Assembly: GCA_038213805.1 (NCBI GenBank)
Contig: JBBQSO010000025.1
Coordinates: 1 to 64,000 of the forward strand
Reading direction: 5' to 3'
Origin: Planctomycetota bacterium
GTDB lineage: Bacteria; Planctomycetota; UBA11346
Length of the DNA stretch: 64,000 bases
Each line of letters starts with the position of its first letter. Position 1 is the stretch's first letter. Below are positions 56,937 to 64,000 of this stretch, piece after piece. The notes beneath the pieces were generated by a model. The model was given only the letters and a program-made list of their open reading frames with translations. It was not told the origin of the DNA and ran no database searches. The translations under genes were made by a program, and so were the position numbers.

Positions 56937-59303
56937 ATGCGCCGAGCCACCACCCCGTTCTGTCATGTGGTTCCGACTGGCGCCCGCTGCGTACTCGCCG
57001 CGCTTGCGGCGCTCGCCGCCAATGCGGCGTGCCTGGCCGCTGCCGAGGTCAAGCCCGCGCCCGCCAGTCCGGGCGCACTCATGGACTATGGCAGTCTGAT
57101 GACCTACTTCGTGAGCCTGCCCGACCCGCTGAAGGTGGTGGTCAGCAAGGCCGTGGTGGTGCGCGCCACGCCCGCGATCACCTTCTGCTATGACGCCGAG
57201 ACCATGGCCCTGGCGGCGGTGTGGCAGGGTGGCTTCCTCGACATGTCTGCGACCTGCGTCTCGCGCATCGTCCAGGGCACCGGGCCGGCGCCGGCCCAGG
57301 GCGACTTGCTGCTCGACAGCGGCATCGGGCCGGGCTGGGCGCAGGTCGGCGCCTTCGCGGATCCGCGCGAGCAGTCGCTCGGTCAGCTGCCCGAAGCGTG
57401 GGTCTGCTACCGCGGGCTCTACCGCCACGGCACCCAGGTGGTGGTCGCGTACAGCGTCGGCGATTGCGCGGTGCGCGAACTGCCCGGCGCGGTCGGCGCG
57501 GGCAGCGCCACCGTCATCACCCGCACGCTGCGCCTTGGGCCGAGCGCAGCAGAGCAGCGCCTGCTGGTGTGTACGGTGGCGGGCGCGGCGGGCGGCGTCG
57601 GGCCGCGTGCCCAGACGGCTCCGGGCGCGGCGCAGGGGTCGGCGTCCACCAGCGTCGCAGTACTCGCGCAGTCGCTGGTGCAGGGCACGGCCGGGCGCAC
57701 CGTGGTCGGTGCGAGCGGTGCGCCGGCGGACGCCACCCTGCGCTGCGAGGATGGCCGCGTGGTGCTGGTCATCCCGGCGCATGCCCAGCCGCTGACGGTG
57801 GAGGTCGGTGCCTGGGCCGGCACCGCCGACGGCGCCGCTGCGGCCGGGCAGGCGATCGCCGCGCTGCCCGCGCCGGTCGATGTCGACGCGCTGTGTCGCG
57901 GCGGCGCGCCGCAGTGGGGGCCCGCGCTGGAGGTCGTCGGCACGCTCGGCACGGAAACCGGCGCCTACGCGGTCGACACCATCCCGCTGCCCAGCGCCAA
58001 CCCCTGGAAGTCGTGGATCCGCCCGACCGGCGTCGATTTCTTCCGCGATGGCCGCGCCGCCATCGCGACCTTCTCCGGTGACGTCTGGATCGCCTCCGGG
58101 GTCGACCAGACGCTCGCGAAGGTGAGTTGGCGCCGCTATGCCGCCGGACTCTACGAGCCGCTCGGCCTGCGCATCGTCGACGACGTGGTGTACGTGCTCG
58201 GCCGCGACCAGATCACCCGCCTGGTCGACGTCGACCACGACGGCGAGGCCGACGCCTACGAAAGCTTCAATCACGACGGCGTGGTGTGGCCGACCTACAA
58301 CAACTTCGCCTTCGACCTGCAGACCGACCGGGCAGGCAATTTCTATTATGCGAAGGGCGCACTGAACACGCCGGTCGGCCTGCCCCTGCAGTCGGTGCTG
58401 TGCCGCGTCGGCAAGGACGGCCACGGCACCACCGTGGTCGCCACCGGCCTGCGCCAGCCCAATGGCATGGGCATGGGGCCGCACGACGAAATCACGGTGA
58501 GCGACAACGAAGGGCAGTGGGTACCCGCCTCGAAGATCGTGTGGGTGCGTCCGGGCGGCTGGTACGGCTACGTCGGTGACCCGCCTCACTACAAGAAGGA
58601 CGTGCCGGCGCATCCCGCTGCCCAGGATCCGCCGCTCTGCTGGATGCCGATGGCCGTCGACAGCTCGAGCGGCGGCGAGGCCTGGGCGCCGCCTGGCTGG
58701 GGCCCGCTCGGCGGCCAGTTGCTGCACACCTCCTACGGCAAGAGCTCGCTGATGCTGGTCCTGCACGAGGAGGTCGGCGGGGTGATGCAGGGCGCGGTGA
58801 TGACCCTGCCGCTGAAATTCGCCTCGGGCATCATGCGCGCGCGCTTCAGCGCCGCCGATGGCCAGCTCTACGTCTGCGGCATCAGGGGCTGGCAGACCAC
58901 CGGCGCCGCCGACGGCTGCCTGCAGCGCGTGCGCGCCACCGCCAAGCCCGCATGCCTGCCGATCGCGATGCATGTCACCAGGTCAGGAGTGGCGGTGACG
59001 TTCAGTTCGCCGCTGGACGGCAGCGCCGCGGACGCGGGCAACATCGCGGTGTCGTGCTGGAACTACCTGTGGAGCTCCGCGTATGGCTCGGCGGAGTACT
59101 CGGTCAGCGACCCCAAGCGCAAGGGCCAGGACCATCTCGATGTCACGGCGGCGACGCTGTCCGCCGACAAGCGCACCCTGACCATGGCGGTGACGGGCGT
59201 GGTGCCGTGCATGCAGATGTCGGTCGAGATGCGCGTGCAGGCGGCGGATGGCGGTGCCGCGGATGCAACGTTGTATGCGACGGTCAATGCCGTGGGGCAT
59301 TGA
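56937..59303 (+). CDS. DUF6797 + sorbosone-dehydrogenase-like beta-propeller secreted protein
   Basis: 'MDYGS', 'YRGLYRHG', 'NPWKSWIRPTGVDFFRDG', 'GLYEPLGL', 'ATGLRQPNG' and 'DNEGQWVP' motifs. Confidence 0.8.
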   Translation: MRRATTPFCHVVPTGARCVLAALAALAANAACLAAAEVKPAPASPGALMDYGSLMTYFVSLPDPLKVVVSKAVVVRATPAITFCYDAETMALAAVWQGGFLDMSATCVSRIVQGTGPAPAQGDLLLDSGIGPGWAQVGAFADPREQSLGQLPEAWVCYRGLYRHGTQVVVAYSVGDCAVRELPGAVGAGSATVITRTLRLGPSAAEQRLLVCTVAGAAGGVGPRAQTAPGAAQGSASTSVAVLAQSLVQGTAGRTVVGASGAPADATLRCEDGRVVLVIPAHAQPLTVEVGAWAGTADGAAAAGQAIAALPAPVDVDALCRGGAPQWGPALEVVGTLGTETGAYAVDTIPLPSANPWKSWIRPTGVDFFRDGRAAIATFSGDVWIASGVDQTLAKVSWRRYAAGLYEPLGLRIVDDVVYVLGRDQITRLVDVDHDGEADAYESFNHDGVVWPTYNNFAFDLQTDRAGNFYYAKGALNTPVGLPLQSVLCRVGKDGHGTTVVATGLRQPNGMGMGPHDEITVSDNEGQWVPASKIVWVRPGGWYGYVGDPPHYKKDVPAHPAAQDPPLCWMPMAVDSSSGGEAWAPPGWGPLGGQLLHTSYGKSSLMLVLHEEVGGVMQGAVMTLPLKFASGIMRARFSAADGQLYVCGIRGWQTTGAADGCLQRVRATAKPACLPIAMHVTRSGVAVTFSSPLDGSAADAGNIAVSCWNYLWSSAYGSAEYSVSDPKRKGQDHLDVTAATLSADKRTLTMAVTGVVPCMQMSVEMRVQAADGGAADATLYATVNAVGH

Positions 59304-59395
59304 CCGTCAGGGTGACCAGCGAGAAGCGAGAAGCGAGATTTAGGACACGGGGTCCGGGATGCGAAACGTGAGAACGCGCTCCAATCCCCATACGT

Positions 59396-59430
59396 CTGCA
59401 CATGAGCCCGCTTCGCGGGCTCATGTGCAG
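59396..59430. terminator. perfect 16-bp hairpin between convergent genes (possible bidirectional terminator)
   Basis: ctgcacatgagcccgc-ttc-gcgggctcatgtgcag; no strong U-tract. Confidence 0.6.
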
Positions 59431-59470
59431 GTGTGTCGCCGGTCGCCGGGCGAGCGAGGGTGCCCCGCCT

Positions 59471-60682
59471 TCACGGCATGACCGTCGCCTTGATCCCCAC
59501 CGCCCCCAGCGCCGCGCGCAGCTGGTCCTTGTGCGCGTGGTCACGCGTCTCGACCGTGCACGTGACCTGCACGTGCGCGACATCTGCGGGCGCGAAGGTG
59601 CGGTCGTGGTGCACGTGGCCGATGCTCGCGCCGGTTTCGGCGACCACGGTCAACAGCCGCGCGAGCGCGCCCGGGCGGTCGGGGATCAGCGCTTCCAGGC
59701 GCGCCAGGCGGCCGTCGGTGGCCAAGCCGCGCTCGATGACGTGGCCGATCATGGTCAGGTCGATGTTGCCGCCGCACAGCACCAGCACGATGCGTTTCCC
59801 ATCCAGTCCCAGGTCGCGGCCGAGCGCGGCGGCGAGCGGCACCGCGCCAGCGCCCTCGACGACGGTCTTCTCCAGCTCCATCAGGCGCAGGATGGCGGTG
59901 GCGATGCGCGTCTCGTCGACCAGCACCATGCGGTCGACGACGCGGCGGGCGATTTCCACGCACTGCGCGCCGGCCATCGCCACGGCCAGACCGTCGGCGA
60001 GGGTCGGCTGCGGCGTGATCTTGACCAGTTCGCCGCACTCCAGGGCGGTGTGCAGAGTGGGCGCGTTGAGCGCTTCGACGCCGATGATCTCGACCTGCGG
60101 GCGCAGCGCCTTGACCGCCGTGCCGATGCCGGCGATCAGGCCGCCGCCGCCGACCGGCACCAGGATGGCCTCGGCGTCGGGCACGTCGGCAAGGATCTCC
60201 AGGCCGAGCGTGCCCTGCCCGGCGATGATCGCCGGATCATCGAAGCCGTGCACGTACGTCAGGCCGCGCGCCGAACCCAGCGCCTGCGCGTGCAGGCGCG
60301 CCTCGTCAAAGGTCTCACCGTGCAGGATGATCTCGGCGCCGCTGGCGCGGCAGCGCGAGACCTTGATCAGCGGCGCCCAGCGCGGCATCACCACCAGCAC
60401 CGGGATGCCGAGCAGGCGGCCGTGATGGGCGAGGCCAAGTGCGTGGTTGCCGGCCGAGGCCGCGATCACCCCGGCGGTGCGTTGGCCCGCGTCAAGCAAC
60501 AGCAGCTTGTTGCGCGCGCCGCGCTCCTTGAAGCTGCCGGTTGCCTGCAGCAGGTCGAGCTTGCAGAAGACCTCGGCACCGCACAGCCGGCTGAGCGCGG
60601 GCGAGTGGCGGCAGGGGGTGTGGATGATCGCGCCAGCAAGGCGGTCGCGCGCGGCTTCGATGTCGGAGAGCGAGACGGTCAC
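59471..60682 (-). CDS. ilvA: threonine ammonia-lyase with C-terminal ACT domain
   Basis: 'QATGSFKERGA' (PLP Lys), 'SAGNHA', 'VGGGGL' and 'GGNID' motifs; ACT 'PDRPGAL'; GTG start chosen. Could be the catabolic (TdcB-like) type. Confidence 0.9.
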   Translation of the reverse strand: MTVSLSDIEAARDRLAGAIIHTPCRHSPALSRLCGAEVFCKLDLLQATGSFKERGARNKLLLLDAGQRTAGVIAASAGNHALGLAHHGRLLGIPVLVVMPRWAPLIKVSRCRASGAEIILHGETFDEARLHAQALGSARGLTYVHGFDDPAIIAGQGTLGLEILADVPDAEAILVPVGGGGLIAGIGTAVKALRPQVEIIGVEALNAPTLHTALECGELVKITPQPTLADGLAVAMAGAQCVEIARRVVDRMVLVDETRIATAILRLMELEKTVVEGAGAVPLAAALGRDLGLDGKRIVLVLCGGNIDLTMIGHVIERGLATDGRLARLEALIPDRPGALARLLTVVAETGASIGHVHHDRTFAPADVAHVQVTCTVETRDHAHKDQLRAALGAVGIKATVMP

Positions 60683-60852
60683 GGTGGCGATGGTGGATGG
60701 ATGGGGTGGGGTTGCTACTGGTTTCCAGGGGGGCTTCGCGGACCTTAGACGCTGAACGCGAGGAACATGTCCCGCGAATAGTGTGCGCATGCGGCGATGA
60801 ATGCGGCACGCACGATGTGGTATTGCCCTGGTGCGGAACGATGATGCCGAGT

Positions 60853-61104
60853 ATGAGCGATCTGAAGAGCCGGGGCTGGATCATCGCCAAGGGTGGTATG
60901 TTCGCGGTGATCGTGGCGCTCGCGGGTGTGGTGACCGTGCTGCACGAGGATTGGCGGGTGCGTGTCGGCGCCCTGGCGCTCTGCCTGTGGGCGGCCTGCC
61001 GGTTCTACTATTTCCTCTTCCACGTCCTCGAGCGGTATGTCGGCATCGAGGGGCGCTACACGGGCATCATCGATCTGCTCAAGCGCCTCCGTCGCCGGAG
61101 GTGA
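60853..61104 (+). CDS. small conserved-looking membrane protein
   Basis: 'MSDLKSRGWIIAKGGMF...WAACRFYYFLFHVLERYVG..RYTGI'. Confidence 0.65.
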   Translation: MSDLKSRGWIIAKGGMFAVIVALAGVVTVLHEDWRVRVGALALCLWAACRFYYFLFHVLERYVGIEGRYTGIIDLLKRLRRRR

Positions 61105-61113
61105 CGTGCGCGC

Positions 61114-62025
61114 CTACCACTGGATCCATTCATCCGGCGTCTGCGGCAGCGCCGGGCAGGGCAGCTGCTTGCGGTAGTCCTTCGGCGTCTGGCCGAAGAT
61201 CGCACGGAAGCGGCGCGCGAAATACGCGGGGTCGTCCCAGCCGACCTCGCGGCCGATCGCAGCGATCGGCTGCTGCGTGGTGAGCAGCAGGATGGCGGCC
61301 TGCTCGCCGCGCTGGCGGATCAACCAGTTCATCGGGCTGAGTCCGGTGCACTGGTCGAAGCAGCGCGAGAAGTACGAGGGGTTCATCTCGAGGCGACGCG
61401 CCAGCGCGGTGATCGACCACGGGCGGCGCAGGTCCTCGGCCATGATGGTCATGGCCTCGGCGATCACCGGATGCGCGGGCTTCGCGCCGACCTCGCCGCC
61501 GATTTGCGACTGGTGGCGCGCGATCTCGCCGAGCAGCACCAGCAGGTTGCCGAGTTGGATGGGGCGCGTGCCGGGGTGCGGATCGCTCTGCAGTTCGCGC
61601 AGGCGTTCAAGGCAGGCGATGCATGTGGGCAGCGAGTCCGGGGCCAGGCGCAGGGCGAGCACGTCCTGGCGGTCGCTGGCACGCGCCAGCAGCCGGCCGA
61701 GGCCGTGGTCGCTGGTGGTCCAGGCCAATTCGCGCTGCATCAGGTCCATGCCGATGACGCAGTTGTAGGTGCGCAGATCGCGACAACTCTCAAATGCGTG
61801 CCATTGTCCGGGGCTCACCACGAAGACCTCGCCGCCGCTCACCGGCTTGAGTCCGGCGATGGTGCGGTGCACGGCGCGGCCGGAGATGACGAAGGCCAAT
61901 TCGAGGAAATCGTGGCAATGCAGGGGTGTATCACCCTCATGCACCGGACGGTTGACATGGATGCGGACGGCTGACGGCCCGAACAGGCTGCGGCTGGCGA
62001 GCAGGCGCGGAGCGGTATCAACCAT
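61114..62025 (-). CDS. AraC family regulator (cupin sensor + double HTH), RhaR/RhaS-like
   Basis: 'LHCHDFLELAFVISGRAVH'; 'MNPSYFSRCF...GLSP'; 'VGWDDPAYFARRFRAIFGQTPKDYR'. Confidence 0.92.
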   Translation of the reverse strand: MVDTAPRLLASRSLFGPSAVRIHVNRPVHEGDTPLHCHDFLELAFVISGRAVHRTIAGLKPVSGGEVFVVSPGQWHAFESCRDLRTYNCVIGMDLMQRELAWTTSDHGLGRLLARASDRQDVLALRLAPDSLPTCIACLERLRELQSDPHPGTRPIQLGNLLVLLGEIARHQSQIGGEVGAKPAHPVIAEAMTIMAEDLRRPWSITALARRLEMNPSYFSRCFDQCTGLSPMNWLIRQRGEQAAILLLTTQQPIAAIGREVGWDDPAYFARRFRAIFGQTPKDYRKQLPCPALPQTPDEWIQW

Positions 62026-62127
62026 TTCGGAGCTTCCTCGTAAGGGTCGCTCATTAGTAAAACCAGTCCTATTCCAAGACAAGCTCCATCCCCTGGTCCT
62101 GGGACGGTGTGCGGTATGCTCCCACCC

Positions 62128-63405
62128 ATGAACGTACCCTCCGTCAAGAATCTCAAAACTGTCACCGGCAACGTGCGCGGCGTGGTCACGCGCGCGCTCG
62201 AGGAGAGCGGCGGCCTGCTGCGCCTCGCGCCCTGTTGGGTGCCGCGCTCCTTCCTGCAGCCGGGCAAGCGCCTCAAGCTCGACCCGCGCGACCTCTATGC
62301 GTACGGCCTTGACCGCGGCGGCATCGACGAGCGCTGGTTCGCTTCGACCACGCCCGCGGCCAACGACAACCGCGAGCCCGACGAGGGCCTCAGCTACCTG
62401 GTCGCCGGCGGCGAGCGCTGCACCCTGGCAGAGGCGGTCGGCGAATTCGGCGCCGCGCTGATCGGCGACGACATCTGGAAGGCGCACAAGCGCTGGCCGG
62501 TGTACTCGAAGTTCTTCGACAACATGGGTCCGATCCCGCACCACATGCACCAGGATGCGGCGCGCGCTGCCAAGGTCGGCCAGCCCGGCAAGCCCGAGGC
62601 CTACTACTTCCCGCCGCAGCACAACAACGTCGGCAACAACTTCCCCTACACCTTCTTCGGCCTCAACCCGGGCACCACCAAGGCGCAGCTGCGCAAGTGC
62701 CTCGAGAACTGGAACCAGGGCGACAACGGCATCCTCGATCTGTCCGCCGCCTACCGGCTGAAGCCCGGCAGCGGCTGGCTGGTCGGTCCCGGCATCCTGC
62801 ACGCACCCGGTTCGCTGTGCACTTATGAGCCGCAGTGGGGCTCGGACGTGTTCGGCATGTACCAGTCGCTGGTCGAAGGCCGCGAGGTGCCGTGGTCGCT
62901 GCTGGTCAAGGACGTGCCCAAGGAGCATCACCAGGATATCGACTACATCATCGATCAGCTCGACTGGGAGTCGAACGTCGACCCGCATTTCAAGGAGAAC
63001 CACTACCTTGAGCCGATCGTCGACGAGGCGTCGCCGCAGGGCTGCACCGATCGCTGGATCGTCTATGGCCGCGTCAATGGCGAGCAGCGCTTCAGCGCCA
63101 AAGAGCTCACCGTCGACCCCGGGCAGACCGTCGTCATCAAGGACAATGGCGCCTACGGCCTGACCGTGGTGCAGGGCGAGGGCCGCATGAACAAGCTGCG
63201 CCTCGATTGCCCGAAGATGATCCGCTTCACCGATCTGACTGCCGACGAGGTGTTCTGCACCGCGCCCGCGGCCAAGGCCGGCGTGACCTTCACCAACACC
63301 TCGACCAACGAGCCGCTGGTGATGCTCCGCTACTTCGGCCCCGAGGTGAATCCCGCGGCCCCCGAGGTCGGAGCCTACCGTCTGGTCGGCGCTGCCGCGG
63401 GTTGA
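62128..63405 (+). CDS. bicupin sugar-phosphate isomerase-like (type I PMI-related) protein
   Basis: 'IPHHMHQ', 'GKPEAYY', 'GILHAPG' and 'YEPQWGSD' metal-ligand pattern. Confidence 0.75.
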   Translation: MNVPSVKNLKTVTGNVRGVVTRALEESGGLLRLAPCWVPRSFLQPGKRLKLDPRDLYAYGLDRGGIDERWFASTTPAANDNREPDEGLSYLVAGGERCTLAEAVGEFGAALIGDDIWKAHKRWPVYSKFFDNMGPIPHHMHQDAARAAKVGQPGKPEAYYFPPQHNNVGNNFPYTFFGLNPGTTKAQLRKCLENWNQGDNGILDLSAAYRLKPGSGWLVGPGILHAPGSLCTYEPQWGSDVFGMYQSLVEGREVPWSLLVKDVPKEHHQDIDYIIDQLDWESNVDPHFKENHYLEPIVDEASPQGCTDRWIVYGRVNGEQRFSAKELTVDPGQTVVIKDNGAYGLTVVQGEGRMNKLRLDCPKMIRFTDLTADEVFCTAPAAKAGVTFTNTSTNEPLVMLRYFGPEVNPAAPEVGAYRLVGAAAG

Positions 63406-63453
63406 GCAGCGGTTTCTCGCCGCTTTGAGCGTCGACATCGTCCGGATCCCAAC

Positions 63454-63493
63454 TCGCCGCGCGCACCTTCTGGTGCGCGCGGCGAATTGTGTT
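63454..63493 (+). terminator. terminator-like hairpin after the cupin gene
   Basis: tcgccgcgcgcacc-ttct-ggtgcgcgcggcga then attgtgtt. Confidence 0.6.
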
Positions 63494-63878
63494 ACGGCTA
63501 TGCGGTCAAGCCGGTGCGTCACATCACCTATCTCGCGCAGCGTCGGCAGGCGCATCCGAGTCCGCTGCTGCCCCGTCGGGCTGGGTGGAAATGCTGGGTA
63601 ATCCGTACATTGCGTCACAAAAATCCATCGACGGACAGCGCTCTCAGCCGCAACGTCGGCACGCTCCGGGTGTATGCTCTCCACCCGATCGGGGGTCTGC
63701 TTCCAAGTGACCGTCGCCACGCCTCTATTCCCGGCCAGCCGGCCACCACATTCACCTTCCGGGGTCGTTCCATGACCGTCAGCAGCCCCATCCACGGATC
63801 CGCCCGCAACGTCAACCTGCACCGCGGCGTTGTCCCGGCCGAGCAGGTGAGAGGCGCGCCGACGAACGGAGACGGGAC

Positions 63879-64000
63879 ATGAGCTCGTCCGCTGGTCCGG
63901 GGGTCAGGGCATCCGGAAATCCTGAGCAGGACGGTGACGTCCCCGCCGCGCGCGCTGACGAGGGCGACGACCTGGACATGGTCACCATCCGCATGCCCAC
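63879..64000 (+). CDS. probable 5' end of a gene running off the window
   Basis: GGAGA upstream of ATG; frame stays open to the edge (MSSSAGPGVRASGNPEQDGD...). Confidence 0.3.
   Translation, partial: MSSSAGPGVRASGNPEQDGDVPAARADEGDDLDMVTIRMP

Noticed and set aside
61114..63822. 902-aa ORF suggesting a huge AraC fusion
   Set aside because: The N-terminal ~600 aa are mostly the antisense of the cupin gene. AraC similarity begins near ATG 62025.

Overview
High-GC bacterial window, gene-dense. The gene content looks Planctomycetota/PVC-like (inference from family content). I saw no rRNA, tRNA, CRISPR array, integrase or transposase. The largest feature is a ~23-kb minus-strand cluster (49133->26244): MoxR ATPase, DUF58, BatA/vWA, vWA+GATase1-like, two DUF4175-like halves, an exported prenyltransferase-fold protein, an NPCBM protein, and a 3321-aa secreted multi-lectin/TPR/beta-propeller protein. 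A second block is a coupled operon downstream of an IclR regulator gene: Tat-exported FAD oxidoreductase, atypical ApbE flavin transferase, membrane-anchored flavodoxin-like protein and DUF4405-like membrane protein. It is a candidate extracytosolic electron-transfer module. The window also has an orphan histidine kinase with one Cache domain nested inside another, many secreted carbohydrate-active or accessory proteins (DUF2961, deacetylase, GH5-like, ThuA x2, DUF1080, PmoA-like, DUF6797), housekeeping enzymes, candidate operator palindromes and an octamer-built inverted repeat. All family calls come from motif recognition by eye, not from database searches. Several start codons are my own choices within longer ORFs.
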